Origin: an uncultured Chloroflexia bacterium
GTDB lineage: Bacteria > Chloroflexota > Limnocylindria > Limnocylindrales > CSP1-4
Assembly: GCA_963833225.1 (NCBI GenBank)
Contig: CAWHXD010000019.1
Span: 768,001 to 832,000, forward strand
DNA length: 64,000 bases
Direction of reading: 5' to 3'
The notes beneath the pieces were generated by a model, which was not told where the DNA came from, did no database searches, and was given only the letters and a program-made list of their open reading frames with translations. This document shows, piece after piece, positions 54,231 to 64,000 of this stretch (position 1 is its first letter; the number at the start of each line of letters is the position of its first letter). Position numbers and translations under genes: made by a program.

Positions 54231-56090
54231 TCAGGCGCCGCCGGCGTCCCGGGTGACGTGGCGTTCGAGGCCCTCGAGCCGGCGAGCGCCGGGGACCGTG
54301 CTGGCGAGGTGGTCCAGCACGAGCGCGGTCTGGTGGATCCGCTCCTCGATATCGAACGACGCATGGCCGGTGGCATAGGTGTACACGCGCGGCTCCACTC
54401 CCCGCGCCCGGATCCGGTCCACGTAGTTCCAGACCTGGCGGATGGGGCACCGGGAATCGTTCTCGCCGCCCAGGATCAGCAGCGGTGCCGCGACCGCATC
54501 CACATAGGTGATCGGGTTCCGTTCGCGGAACAGCGCCGGCGCCTCGGTGGGAGAGCCCCCGAACAGCGCGCGGTCCAGCGCCTGGAGCATCGGCGCCTCG
54601 TCCTCGTAGGCGGCGATGTAGTCCGCCACCGGCACGCCGGCGATCAGCGACCGCCACCGGTCGGGGTGGCGCCCCGCGCCCAGGAGCGTGATGTAGCCGC
54701 CCCACGACCAGCCCGCGAGGACGGCCCGCGACGCGTCCACCTCACCGCGTGCCACCAGATCATCAAGGCCGGCGAGGATGTCCTCGAGCTCAAGAAACCC
54801 CACGTTGCCGGTGAGCTCATCCCGCCACGCCTGGCCGAAGCCCTCGGACCCGCGGTAGTTGACCATCGCGACCAGGAACCCGGCGTCGACGTGGGCCAGG
54901 AGGTCGGGTGCCCAGCGGTCCATGTCCACGCTGTGGGGGCCACCGTGCACCCGCATCATCACGGGGTACGGACCCTCGCCCTCGGGCCGGACCAGGAACC
55001 CGTGCACGCGCTGGCCCCGCGGGTTCTGGAACCACCACGTCTCGAATGGACGACCGAGGGGCGCGGCGGGCCCGTCGGCCTCGAGCACCGGGGTCGCCGA
55101 GCCCACGGCGAGCAGCCGGGCCGGGTGCTCGCCGTCGTGGCCGCGATACCAGACCGAGCCATCCGGGCGCACGCCGGCCGCGGTGATAGAGCCCGGCGCC
55201 GTGTCGAGCACGGTCAGACCGGTGCCGTCGAGCGCGCAGCGATGCAGCCGGTGGCGGCCGGCCTCGAGGACCACGAGCAGTAGCGCGCTCCCGTCCGGCC
55301 ACCAGTCCACGCCCTCCACGGTCCCGACCAGGTCGAGGGCCAGATCCGTGACCTCGCCCGTGCGGGCATGCCACAGAGCCGGCCGGCGGTCGCCGGTCCG
55401 CTCGTGCGTGATCGCGACGCGGAGGTCCCCGGGGACCGGCGAGAAGGCGAAGGCCCCCAGCTCCAGCCCGGGGTCCCTGAGCTCGGCAAGGGTCTCCCCG
55501 CTGACCACGTCAACGGCGCGCAGCGAGGGATGCAGGACATCGCCGTCCTCCATCACCTCGAGCACCACCACCTCGTCGTCGGCCGACAGCGCGGCGCGGT
55601 CCACCGCGCCCGACATGCCAGCACCGCCCGCGACCCGCACGGGCTGCGGATGCTCGTGGAGCAGCCGGGCGTCGCCGCCGTCGTCCGAGACCCAGACCGT
55701 GAACGCGGTGTCGGTGCTGATCCCGGCCACCGTTCGCCGCTTCCCGATCGCGAGACCCTCAGGCCAGCCCGTTGGCAGGCCGGTGATCAGCGGCTCAGGG
55801 GGCGTCGCCTCGTCGAACGGCGCGACGACGTACGAGCCCGTCTCGTCGCCGGTCTCGTCCTGGAACCAGATGACGCCGGTGCCGTCCCGGGTCGGGCGGC
55901 CTTCCAGCACGCCGACGGGGTCGAACGTGACCTGGCGACGACGACCCGTCCTCCGGTCCCACGCGTGGAGCTGGTACGAGCCGCTCTCCGTGGATGCGAT
56001 GACGAGCCGCTCCGGGTCGGCGTCGGCCCAGGCGGGGAAGGACAGGATCGGGGCGCGGAACCGCCGCTCCCAGGCAGGTTGGTCGGACAT
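54231..56090 (-). CDS. S9 family (prolyl oligopeptidase-like) serine peptidase
   Basis: VHGGP, NYRGS, GWSWGGY, GENDSRCP, GH. Confidence 0.92.
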   Translation of the reverse strand: MSDQPAWERRFRAPILSFPAWADADPERLVIASTESGSYQLHAWDRRTGRRRQVTFDPVGVLEGRPTRDGTGVIWFQDETGDETGSYVVAPFDEATPPEPLITGLPTGWPEGLAIGKRRTVAGISTDTAFTVWVSDDGGDARLLHEHPQPVRVAGGAGMSGAVDRAALSADDEVVVLEVMEDGDVLHPSLRAVDVVSGETLAELRDPGLELGAFAFSPVPGDLRVAITHERTGDRRPALWHARTGEVTDLALDLVGTVEGVDWWPDGSALLLVVLEAGRHRLHRCALDGTGLTVLDTAPGSITAAGVRPDGSVWYRGHDGEHPARLLAVGSATPVLEADGPAAPLGRPFETWWFQNPRGQRVHGFLVRPEGEGPYPVMMRVHGGPHSVDMDRWAPDLLAHVDAGFLVAMVNYRGSEGFGQAWRDELTGNVGFLELEDILAGLDDLVARGEVDASRAVLAGWSWGGYITLLGAGRHPDRWRSLIAGVPVADYIAAYEDEAPMLQALDRALFGGSPTEAPALFRERNPITYVDAVAAPLLILGGENDSRCPIRQVWNYVDRIRARGVEPRVYTYATGHASFDIEERIHQTALVLDHLASTVPGARRLEGLERHVTRDAGGA

Positions 56091-56160
56091 GGGTTCGAGG
56101 GTAACGGTTGCGGCGGTCCTGGGCGACCCGTCCCGTGCCGGGGCTCCCTCAGCGGTGCAG

Positions 56161-56652
56161 TCAGCGGTCTGGGTGGCTGCGCGCCAGGCGGCGAGCCCAG
56201 GCGAGCAAGTCGACCGAGGGCAGGACATCCAGCTCGGTGAGCGGCACCCAGGCCGCGAGATCCGTGGAGCCCTCGTACTCGAGGCGCAGGTCACCACCCG
56301 TGATGATCCCACGGAAGAGGATGCCCACCGCGTGAATGCGGTGCCCGCTGATGGTCCGCGCGGGCTCCAGGACGTCGGACCAGATCCCGAGCAGCTCGCC
56401 CATCTCGGCGCCATAGCCCGTCTCCTCGTCGACCTCCCTGCAGGCCCCTGTCGTCGGGTCCTCGCCAAAGTCGAGGCCCCCGCCCGGAAGGGTCCACAGG
56501 CCGCCGCCCGGGCCGTTGGGGGAGACACGCGTCAGCAGGACGGCGTCATCCCGTTCACACCAGGCGTAGGCGGCGAGGCGCACGCGCTGGATCGTTCCAT
56601 CCGGTCCCTCGAAGTAGCGCGCCAGGTCGTGGGCAAGGTGGTCGCTCGTCAC
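56161..56652 (-). CDS. NUDIX hydrolase
   Basis: WTLPGGGLDFGEDPTTGACREVDEETG Nudix box. Confidence 0.92.
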   Translation of the reverse strand: MTSDHLAHDLARYFEGPDGTIQRVRLAAYAWCERDDAVLLTRVSPNGPGGGLWTLPGGGLDFGEDPTTGACREVDEETGYGAEMGELLGIWSDVLEPARTISGHRIHAVGILFRGIITGGDLRLEYEGSTDLAAWVPLTELDVLPSVDLLAWARRLARSHPDR

Positions 56653-56711
56653 GGGCGCATCGTCGCATGGTCGCCAGGTGCCACGCTCACAACCGCTGCG
56701 ATAATCCGGGG

Positions 56712-57680
56712 GTGACAACTGGGACTCCTCCCACCACGGAACCGGAGCGGAACCCGCTGATCATCGTTGCCGGCGAAGCCCTCGTGGACCTTATCGTCCG
56801 TCCCTCGGGCGAGATCGTCCCGGTGTGCGGCGGCGGGCCCTACAACTCGGTCCGCGCGATCGCGCGCCTCGGCATCCCGACGGCCTGGATCGGCGGCGTC
56901 TCGTCGGACCGCTTCGGGCGGATGCTGGAAGCGGGGCTGGCTGCCGACGGCGTCCGCCTGGAGCTGGCGCAGCGGACCGACAACCCCACCACCCTGGCGC
57001 TCGCCGAGCTGGGCGCCGATGGCAGCGCCGCCTACCGCTTCTACATCGAGGGCACCTCCGCTCCGGCCGTCCTGCCCGGCCCGCTTGCCGGCGGGCTGCC
57101 CGGCTCCACGCGCGCGGTCCTCACGGGAACCCTCGGGATGGTGCTCGAGCCTATGGCGACCACCCTGGAGGCGATGGTCGCGGCCCTCGCGGACGATGTC
57201 GTCCTGCTGCTGGACCCCAACGCGCGCCCGGTGATCATCCCGGACCCGCAAGCGTGGCGGGCGCGGATCCTCCGGGTCGCGGCGCGCTCGGACGTGTTCA
57301 AGGCGAGCACCGAGGACCTCGCGTTCCTGCGGCCCGGCGCATCCGTCGAGGCGGCGGCCGATTGGGTACGACGGCAGGGCCCCAGCGTCGTGCTCGTGAC
57401 CGACGGGGGCCAGCCCGTGACGATCCTGGGTGGCAACCGCGTGGAGCAGGTGCCCTCTCCGGGGGTCGACGTCGTGGACACCGTTGGCGCCGGCGACACC
57501 TTCGGCGGCACGTTCCTCGCCTGCCTGGTCCACGAGGGGATCGGACGCGCCGACTTCGCCGACATGGATGCCGTGCTCCGGGCCGCGCGGTTCGCCGTGC
57601 GCGCGTCATCAATCGTGTGCGGCCGGGCCGGCGCAAACCCGCCCACGCTCATCGAGCTGGGAGGCTGGCCCGAGGCCTGA
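56712..57680 (+). CDS. PfkB family carbohydrate kinase (fructokinase-like)
   Basis: GEALVD, GGGPYN, DPNAR, KASTED, DTVGAGDTF. Confidence 0.93.
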   Translation: MTTGTPPTTEPERNPLIIVAGEALVDLIVRPSGEIVPVCGGGPYNSVRAIARLGIPTAWIGGVSSDRFGRMLEAGLAADGVRLELAQRTDNPTTLALAELGADGSAAYRFYIEGTSAPAVLPGPLAGGLPGSTRAVLTGTLGMVLEPMATTLEAMVAALADDVVLLLDPNARPVIIPDPQAWRARILRVAARSDVFKASTEDLAFLRPGASVEAAADWVRRQGPSVVLVTDGGQPVTILGGNRVEQVPSPGVDVVDTVGAGDTFGGTFLACLVHEGIGRADFADMDAVLRAARFAVRASSIVCGRAGANPPTLIELGGWPEA

Positions 57681-57724
57681 ACCCGGCCTCGGAGAGGCCG
57701 TTCGGCCCGTCTGGATCCTGTCAA

Positions 57725-57760
57725 TTCAGCATTGACTGAACGGTCAGAATTCCCTACGAT
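57725..57760 (+). promoter_or_regulatory. leaderless promoter with operator palindrome
   Basis: TTCAG-CATTGA-CTGAA 57725-57740 overlapping -35 TTGACT 57732; -10 TACGAT 57755 (17-bp spacer); ATG 7 nt later. Confidence 0.75.
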
Positions 57761-57767
57761 CCCAGCC

Positions 57768-58259
57768 ATGCGCAGCGAAGAGCAGGCCTTCATCGATCGC
57801 TGGTCGCGCATCCTCGGCACGGAGGGGCTCCCGCCCGTTGCGGGCCGCCTGTGGGCATGGCTGCTGATCTGCGAGCCACCCGACCAGACCGTGGACGAGA
57901 TCTCGGTCGCCATCGGCGCCAGCCGTGGAGCCATCAGCGGCGCCGTCCGCATGCTGGAGCCGTCCGGCCTCATCGTGCGGACCAAGCGGCCGGGGGATCG
58001 TCGCGAGCACTGGCGGACCTCGCCGGACGCGGTGATCCACAGCCTCGAGGCGAAGGAACGGGCGACCCGTCCCTCGCTCCGTGCCATCGACGACATCCTG
58101 CTCGCCTACGCGGATCGTTCCGAGTCGTCGCTTGAGCGGCTCCGCGAGGTCCAGCGCCTCTACGCGATGGTGCACGGGATGTTCCCGCAGCTCATCGCCC
58201 AGTTCCGGGCCGAGCGTGAGGCAGCCGCCTCCGCGAGTGTCCCGGCGCGAAAGGACTGA
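57768..58259 (+). CDS. GbsR/MarR family regulator
   Basis: GLPPVAGRLWAWLL, ASRGAISGAVRML, PGDRREHW. Confidence 0.9.
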   Translation: MRSEEQAFIDRWSRILGTEGLPPVAGRLWAWLLICEPPDQTVDEISVAIGASRGAISGAVRMLEPSGLIVRTKRPGDRREHWRTSPDAVIHSLEAKERATRPSLRAIDDILLAYADRSESSLERLREVQRLYAMVHGMFPQLIAQFRAEREAAASASVPARKD

Positions 58260-58260
58260 G

Positions 58261-59175
58261 ATGCCCGCCATCATCCGCACCGAACGCCTCACCAAGAGCT
58301 ATGGGGCCAGTCGGGGAATCGTGGAGGTGGACCTCGAGGTCCAGCAGGGCGAGGTGTTCGGGTTCCTGGGACCCAACGGCGCCGGCAAGACGACCACGAT
58401 CCGCACCCTGCTTGACCTCATCCGGCCCACGTCGGGCAAGGCGTTCGTGTTCGACATCGAGTCCTCGGCGGACCCGGTTGCCATCCACAAGCGGGTTGGC
58501 TACATCCCGGGCGAGTTCGCGCTGTACGACCGCCTGAGCGGCCGCCAGACGCTCGAGTACTTCGCCAACCTGCGCGGCGGGGTCGACAAGGCCTACCAGG
58601 CGTCGCTCATCGAGCGCCTCGACCTCGATGCCGACAAGCGGTTCAAGGCGTACAGCAAGGGCAACAAGCAGAAGGTGGGCGTGATCGTCGCCCTCCAGCA
58701 CCGGCCCGAGCTGCTGTTCCTCGACGAGCCCACCTCGGGTCTCGACCCGCTCGTCCAGCAGACGTTCTTCACGATCCTGCGCGAGGCCGTGGCCGATGGC
58801 GCCTCGGTGTTCCTCTCGTCGCACATCCTGTCGGAGGTCGAGAAGAGCTGCGACCGGGTGGCGATCATCCGCGACGGACGGCTGGTCAAGGTGGACACCG
58901 TGAGCGGCCTGCGCGACCTCGCTCACCACCAGGTGGAGCTCCGCTTCTCCGGCCCGGTGCCCGCCGAGGCCTTCTCGGCGCTGCCCGGCGTGTCCGACTT
59001 CGTGTCCGAGGATCACGTCCTGCGGATGCGGGTCTCGGGACCGATCACGCCGGTCGTCCGGGCCGCCGCCCAGTACGAGCTGCTCGACTTCGTCTCCCGC
59101 GAACCCTCGCTCGAGGAGACGTTCCTCGCGCAGTACGGCCACGGGGCCGTGGAGGCGAACAGCGATGGCCGCTAG
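58261..59175 (+). CDS. ABC exporter ATP-binding protein
   Basis: GPNGAGKTT, YSKGNKQK, DEPTSGLDP, SSH, PSLEETF. Confidence 0.94.
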   Translation: MPAIIRTERLTKSYGASRGIVEVDLEVQQGEVFGFLGPNGAGKTTTIRTLLDLIRPTSGKAFVFDIESSADPVAIHKRVGYIPGEFALYDRLSGRQTLEYFANLRGGVDKAYQASLIERLDLDADKRFKAYSKGNKQKVGVIVALQHRPELLFLDEPTSGLDPLVQQTFFTILREAVADGASVFLSSHILSEVEKSCDRVAIIRDGRLVKVDTVSGLRDLAHHQVELRFSGPVPAEAFSALPGVSDFVSEDHVLRMRVSGPITPVVRAAAQYELLDFVSREPSLEETFLAQYGHGAVEANSDGR

Positions 59176-60859
59176 CACCGGCACGCCGCGGCACGTCGCG
59201 GCGACCTTCCCGCCAATCCCGCTCCGTCGCCGGCTGTACGGCTTTGGCAGCATCTATGGCAAGACGATCCGCGACTCGCGGCTCTCGTTCATCATCGCGG
59301 CCGGCATGTTCGGTGGGCTGGCCCTGGTGTTGGGCGCGGCCATCGGGACGGTATTCCCCACGCCCGGGGTGCGGAGCGACCTGAACGCCCTTGTCGGCGG
59401 CATGCCGGCGTCGATGGTGAACCTGTTCGGCAACACCACGCTGATGGGTGGCTCCCTGGGCACGCTGGGCGGCTGGGTGACCTTCAAATACGGGGCCCTG
59501 TTTGCCCTTGGGGTGGCCGTGTGGTCGATGATGGCCCTCTCGGGGACTCTCGCCGGCGAGGCCAGCCACGGCAGCCTCGACTTCGTCGCCGCGTCTCCGT
59601 TCGGCAAGCGGCGGATCGCGCTCGAGAAGCTGGCCGCGCACCTTACCGTGGTCTGGCTGGCGCTGGCCATCCTGGCCGTCATGCTGACCATCAGCTCGAA
59701 CGCCTTCGGCGATGCCGCCATGGGCGACCCGATCCCGCTGGTCAACTCCATCGGGTTCGCCGCCTGGATCGGGGCTCTCGGCCTGTGCTTCGGCGGTCTT
59801 GCCTTTGCGCTCGCCCCGGTCCTCGGCCGGGCCGGGTCGGCCGGGATCAGCGCGCTGGTGATGATGCTGCTCTGGGTCGCGAACGGGCTGGAGGTCGGTG
59901 GGCCGCTGATCGCCATCAGCCCCTTCCACTGGGCGAACGCGCACATCCCGCTCGTCGGCCTGTTCGACTGGCCGGGCGTCCTGGCGACCGCGCTGGTCGG
60001 CGCGGTCCTCATGGTCATTGGCGTGGAGCTGTTCAACCGGCGCGATCTCGGGGTCACTGCCGGTCTCTCGCTGCCATCCCTGCCCGCCGACGTCCTCGGC
60101 GTCCGGGGGCCCATCAGCCGTGCCTTCGGCGACCAGCTGCCGCGTGCCGTCTCGTGGGGCATCGGGATGGCGATCTGGGGCGCGCTCCTGGCATCGCTCG
60201 TCGGGTCGTTCACCGACTCGATCGGCGGTGACTCCAGCCTCAATGCCATCTTCGCCCAGATCTTCCCCGGCTACGACTTCACGACCGCGGGGGCGTGGCT
60301 CCAGCTGTACGCGGAGCTGTTCCTGATCGCGGCCGGGTTCGCCGCCGCCACGTTCGTGGCCAAGTGGGCCTCGGACGAGACCAGCGGCCGGCTCGAGGTG
60401 GTGGTGCCCTCGACCCTCTCCCGCGCGAGGTGGGTTGTGACCGGTGGGATCGGCGCCCTGCTTGCCGTGGTCGTGATGACCGTGGTGTACGCGGTCGGCG
60501 TCGGGCTCGGGGCGGCGAGTGCCGCGATCCCGGCGGGCGACGCGATCCTGGGCTCGGCGTCGCTGGGCCTCGTCGCAGCGGCGTTCGTGGGGCTCGGCGT
60601 CGCGATCGGCGGCGTGTGGCGCACCTCGATCGCGGCGGAGATCACGGCGCTGTTTGTCGTGGCCACGTACCTGATCGACCTGCTGGCGCCGCCGCTGGGC
60701 CTGCCGGACTGGTTCCACCAGTTGGCGCTGACGGCCCACATGGGCGAGCCGATGATCGGAAACTGGGATCCCGTGGGCATCGTGGCCTGCGTGGTGATCG
60801 CCGTCGGCGGTATCGCGCTCGGGGCGTGGGGCATGAGCCGGCGGGACGTCGCCCGCTGA
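59165..60859 (+). CDS. ABC-2 exporter permease (duplicated, about 12 TM)
   Basis: Two homologous halves (GEASHGSLD / DETSGRLE; FNRRDL / MSRRDV). Confidence 0.88.
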   Translation: MAASTGTPRHVAATFPPIPLRRRLYGFGSIYGKTIRDSRLSFIIAAGMFGGLALVLGAAIGTVFPTPGVRSDLNALVGGMPASMVNLFGNTTLMGGSLGTLGGWVTFKYGALFALGVAVWSMMALSGTLAGEASHGSLDFVAASPFGKRRIALEKLAAHLTVVWLALAILAVMLTISSNAFGDAAMGDPIPLVNSIGFAAWIGALGLCFGGLAFALAPVLGRAGSAGISALVMMLLWVANGLEVGGPLIAISPFHWANAHIPLVGLFDWPGVLATALVGAVLMVIGVELFNRRDLGVTAGLSLPSLPADVLGVRGPISRAFGDQLPRAVSWGIGMAIWGALLASLVGSFTDSIGGDSSLNAIFAQIFPGYDFTTAGAWLQLYAELFLIAAGFAAATFVAKWASDETSGRLEVVVPSTLSRARWVVTGGIGALLAVVVMTVVYAVGVGLGAASAAIPAGDAILGSASLGLVAAAFVGLGVAIGGVWRTSIAAEITALFVVATYLIDLLAPPLGLPDWFHQLALTAHMGEPMIGNWDPVGIVACVVIAVGGIALGAWGMSRRDVAR

Positions 60860-60873
60860 TCGCGGCGCCGCGA

Positions 60874-60920
60874 GGCGCAGCGGAACCGGGCGCCACCGGG
60901 GCGCAGCGGAACCGGGCGCC
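60874..60920 (+). repeat. 21-bp direct duplication
   Basis: GGCGCAGCGGAACCGGGCGCC at 60874 and 60900. Confidence 0.8.
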
Positions 60921-60952
60921 TCGCGGCTGTCCGGTGCCCATAGACTCGCTGG

Positions 60953-61843
60953 GTGGACTCGCTGGCGCTCGCCCTCGTGCTCGTCTCGGCGGTGATGCAC
61001 GCGTCCTGGAACATCCTGCTCAAGACCGCGGGCGACCCGCTGCGGACCGCCACGGTCGGGATGATTGCCGCGTCGCTGGTGATCGCCCCCGCTGCGGGCG
61101 TGGCATGGTGGCTGCTGGACCGGCCGCCCGTCCCGCCGGAGGGGTTCGCGGTGGGCTTCGTGTCGGGTCTCGTTGAGATCGCCTATTTCGTGTTCCTCGC
61201 GGCGGCCTACCGACGGGGCGACCTGTCCGTGGTCTACCCGCTTGCCCGAGGCACCGCGCCGCTGCTGATCGTGCTGATCGGGGTGGTCGTCCTCGGCGAA
61301 CGGCTGGCGCCGATGGCCCTCGCCGGTGTCACCGTTCTGCTCGTCGGGCTGCTGACCGTCCAGCGCCCGTGGCGGCTCCTGCGCGGGCGCCACGCCGCCG
61401 AGCGGGGCGCGGCAGTCTTCGCGCTGCTCACCGCGCTGATGATCGCGACGTATACGAGCATCGACCGGGTCGGATCGCAGCTCGTCCCTCCGTGGCTCTA
61501 CGCCGCGATCCTGTGGGTCGTCGGGGCCATCGGCCTGGCGGGGATCGAGTGGCTCCGGCCGCGGATCGCTGGCGGGGCGTTTGCGGCAACGGCGCCGCTC
61601 GACCGGCGCCGCGCCGTGCTGGCGGGGATGCTGACCCTCGGCGGATACCTGCTCGTGCTGTTCGCCCTGTCTCGGGCGCCGGTCGCGCTCGTCGGGCCGC
61701 TGCGCGAGTCGGCCGTCGTGATCACGGCCACATGGGGGGTCCTCGTCCTCCGCGAGGCCGTGACCCGGCGCGAGATCGGGCTGCGGCTCGCGGGCTCCGG
61801 CCTGGTGCTCGCGGGCGCCGCGATGCTGGCGTTCGCGCGCTGA
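60953..61843 (+). CDS. EamA/DMT family transporter
   Basis: SAVMHASWN, AYRRGDLSVVYPLARG, PLRESAVV. Confidence 0.92.
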   Translation: MDSLALALVLVSAVMHASWNILLKTAGDPLRTATVGMIAASLVIAPAAGVAWWLLDRPPVPPEGFAVGFVSGLVEIAYFVFLAAAYRRGDLSVVYPLARGTAPLLIVLIGVVVLGERLAPMALAGVTVLLVGLLTVQRPWRLLRGRHAAERGAAVFALLTALMIATYTSIDRVGSQLVPPWLYAAILWVVGAIGLAGIEWLRPRIAGGAFAATAPLDRRRAVLAGMLTLGGYLLVLFALSRAPVALVGPLRESAVVITATWGVLVLREAVTRREIGLRLAGSGLVLAGAAMLAFAR

Positions 61844-61937
61844 TCCACTGCCGGTCGGCTGCCCGCGCACGGCGCCGAGCCCGGAAACCGGGCACCATTG
61901 ACACCCTCGAGCGGTGTCCCCTGCAGATGAGGTAGCC

Positions 61938-62951
61938 ATGCCCGCCCTGACCCTCGGTTACAAGGCGTCCGCCGAGCAGTTCCCGCCGCGTCGTCTCCTG
62001 GACCTCGCCGTCGCCGCCGAGAACGCCGGGTTTAATTCGGTGTGGACGAGCGACCACTTCCAGCCCTGGCGCCACACCGATGGCCACGCCCCCAACGCGC
62101 TCGTGTGGCTGGGCGCCGCCGCGGTCGCCACGTCGCGGGTCACCCTGGGCACCTCGGTGCTGACGCCGTCGTTCCGCTACAACCCGGCGGTCGTCGCGCA
62201 GGCCTTCTCCACGCTGGGCTGCCTCGCGCCCGGCCGGGTGATCCTTGGGGTTGGGACCGGCGAGTCCATGAACGAGGTCCCGGTCGGTGTGGACTGGCCC
62301 GAGCAGAAGGAGCGCTTCGCGCGTCTCCGTGAGTCCGTCACGCTCATCCAGGCGCTCAACGCTCCCGGCGCCGAGTTCGTCGACTTCAACGGCGACTTCT
62401 ATCGGACGCACGAGGCGACCGTGTACGACAAGCCCGAGCAGCCGGTGCCGATCTACATCGCCGCCTCGGGACCTGCCGCGGCCCGCCTCGCCGGACGCCT
62501 TGCCGATGGCTTCATCTGCACCTCGGGCAAGGGTCGTGAGCTGTACGTGGACACGCTGCTCCCGGCGCTGGCGGAGGGTGCCGGGAAGGCCGGTCGCGAC
62601 GCCGCATCCATGGACAAGATGATCGAGATGAAGGTGTCCTTTGACACCGACCTCGCCCGCGCGATGGAGGACACCAAGGTGTGGGCGGCGCTCGCGCTGT
62701 CGGGCGAGCAGAAGATGGGCATCCATGATCCACGCGACCTGGAGATCGCGGCCAGGGAGGCCGAGCCCTACGCCCATCGCCGATGGCTGGTCTCAGCCGA
62801 CGTCGACGAGCACCTCGAGCAGGTGGCGGAATACGTCGAGTACGGGTTCAACCACCTGGTGTTCCATTTCCCGGGAACGGACCAGGAGGCGGCGATCACC
62901 CGCTACGGCGAGCTGATCCTGCCGCGGCTGCGGGAGCGATTCGGCGGCTGA
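61938..62951 (+). CDS. fgd: F420-dependent glucose-6-phosphate dehydrogenase
   Basis: LGYKASAEQF, SDHFQPWRH, LGTSVLTP, GVGTGESMNE, FICTSGKG, MIEMK, NHLVFH. Confidence 0.93.
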   Translation: MPALTLGYKASAEQFPPRRLLDLAVAAENAGFNSVWTSDHFQPWRHTDGHAPNALVWLGAAAVATSRVTLGTSVLTPSFRYNPAVVAQAFSTLGCLAPGRVILGVGTGESMNEVPVGVDWPEQKERFARLRESVTLIQALNAPGAEFVDFNGDFYRTHEATVYDKPEQPVPIYIAASGPAAARLAGRLADGFICTSGKGRELYVDTLLPALAEGAGKAGRDAASMDKMIEMKVSFDTDLARAMEDTKVWAALALSGEQKMGIHDPRDLEIAAREAEPYAHRRWLVSADVDEHLEQVAEYVEYGFNHLVFHFPGTDQEAAITRYGELILPRLRERFGG

Positions 62952-63209
62952 CCCGCGGGCGGCTGGGGCGGGGGCCCCGTCGCGGCGACGCACGCGTCGG
63001 CGGCGCGCACGGCGGCGGCGCGCGGCGGGAGCGCGCGTTGTCCGTCAGGCAACGGTTTCGGGTTCGTGCGTCGTCGGGCGGCGGATTCGAGGTGTCGCAG
63101 TCAACGATTCCCGCCGTCGCCCGGCGATCGATGCCTGCAGGACCATGTTGTCGCCCCGCAGGTCCAACGCCGGGCCGGCGAGGGCGAAATCGGTGGCTGG
63201 AGGGCAGCG

Positions 63210-63240
63210 CGGCCGGTGCCCCGGCCGGTGCCCCGGCCGG
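63210..63240 (+). repeat. 12-bp tandem repeat
   Basis: CGGCCGGTGCCC x2 plus partial copy. Confidence 0.75.
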
Positions 63241-63356
63241 AGGGCAGCCTGGCCAGAGCCAGCCCGGCCGGAACGCGGGCATCTCGAGGCGCCGCGCAAC
63301 GCCGGGCGCCCTACGATGGGGCAGCCAGATCGTGCCTCGACCCGAAGGAACGCCAG

Positions 63357-63842
63357 ATGCCCGAACCGACGCCGTTTCCCACACCCGCTGAGATCCTCGC
63401 CCAGGAGGAGCGGCTGACCCTGCCGGCGTGCTCGTATGACGACTGCCTGGCCATCGGGCGCTCCCTCCTTGATCTCGCCGAGCAGCGTGATCTCGGGATC
63501 GCGATCGAGGTCTGGCACGGGACCCGGCTGGTCTTCCGCGCGGCGCGCCCGGGAACGAACGCCAACAACGACGTGTACCTCGCGGGCAAGCGCCGGGTCG
63601 TGGACCACTTCGGCCACGCCAGCCTGTACGAGCGCCTTCGTCACGAGGCCGCTGGCACGAGCTTCGAGGCGGCGACCTCGCTCCACTTCCCGGAATATGC
63701 CCCGCACGGCGGCGGGTTCCCGCTGCTGGTCCGTGGGACGGGAAGGGTGGGTGTCGTGCTGGTCTCCGGGCTCCCGCAGCAGGATGACCACGCCCTCATC
63801 GTGGAGGCGCTCGGGGCGTACTCGAACGCGCTCGCGGGCTGA
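63357..63842 (+). CDS. UPF0303 / heme-degrading (GlcG/HbpS-like) domain protein
   Basis: QEERL, PGTNANND, KRRVV, YAPHGGGFPL, VSGLPQQDDHAL. Confidence 0.9.
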   Translation: MPEPTPFPTPAEILAQEERLTLPACSYDDCLAIGRSLLDLAEQRDLGIAIEVWHGTRLVFRAARPGTNANNDVYLAGKRRVVDHFGHASLYERLRHEAAGTSFEAATSLHFPEYAPHGGGFPLLVRGTGRVGVVLVSGLPQQDDHALIVEALGAYSNALAG

Positions 63843-63866
63843 TCGGGCAACCGAGACGGCCGCCCC

Positions 63867-64000
63867 TCAGGGTCTGGGGATCGGTGGGCCGACCTCCGCG
63901 CGCCGGTCCCGCAGGCGCCGCATCGCCGGCCCACTGTTGACCAGCGCGATCCCCGCGATGACCAGCGCCGCTCCGCCGATCCGGTTGAGCGTCACCGGGT
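63867..64000 (-). CDS. 3' end of probable EamA/DMT transporter (partial)
   Basis: Minus strand reads PVTLNRIGGAALVIAGIALVNSG...PRP-stop. Confidence 0.65.
   Translation of the reverse strand, partial: PVTLNRIGGAALVIAGIALVNSGPAMRRLRDRRAEVGPPIPRP

Noticed and set aside
62952-63356. 400-bp gap after fgd as an RNA gene or small CDS
   Set aside because: No tRNA or riboswitch signature; only GC-rich hairpins and a 12-bp repeat

Overview
Very GC-rich bacterial chromosomal segment. Gene content, pervasive leaderless starts and F420-dependent fgd suggest a monoderm lineage such as Chloroflexota (possibly Limnocylindria-like); this is inference only. The main theme is a dispersed phosphate/polyphosphate regulon over about 9-41 kb: a PhoB/RegX3-like regulator, pit-DUF47, a PhoR/SenX3-like kinase, an EEP-GDPD fusion, pstSCAB-phoU-sixA, a Ppx with a long Lys/Ala plus Pro/Glu N-terminal tail, CYTH-CHAD and ppk1. 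Three arrays of 11-bp-periodic PHO-box-like repeats lie upstream of these genes. Also present: upp, asparaginase II, gltX, proS, two J-domain proteins, a DtxR-like regulator, GH15, LacI-araBDA, an FAD oxidoreductase-DUF1365-Cfa lipid cluster, two ABC exporters, S9/C45 peptidases, amt, fgd and a small secreted-metalloprotease island. At least nine genes carry single-base indels that look like long-read errors. No rRNA, tRNA, CRISPR array or transposase was recognised. Best novelty candidates: (1) the Ppx with a histone-like tail in the ppk1/CHAD locus; (2) an intact but catalytically inactivated DNA-ligase domain with a clamp-binding-like N-terminal motif; (3) a half-size CPA antiporter in front of amt with no adjacent glnK.
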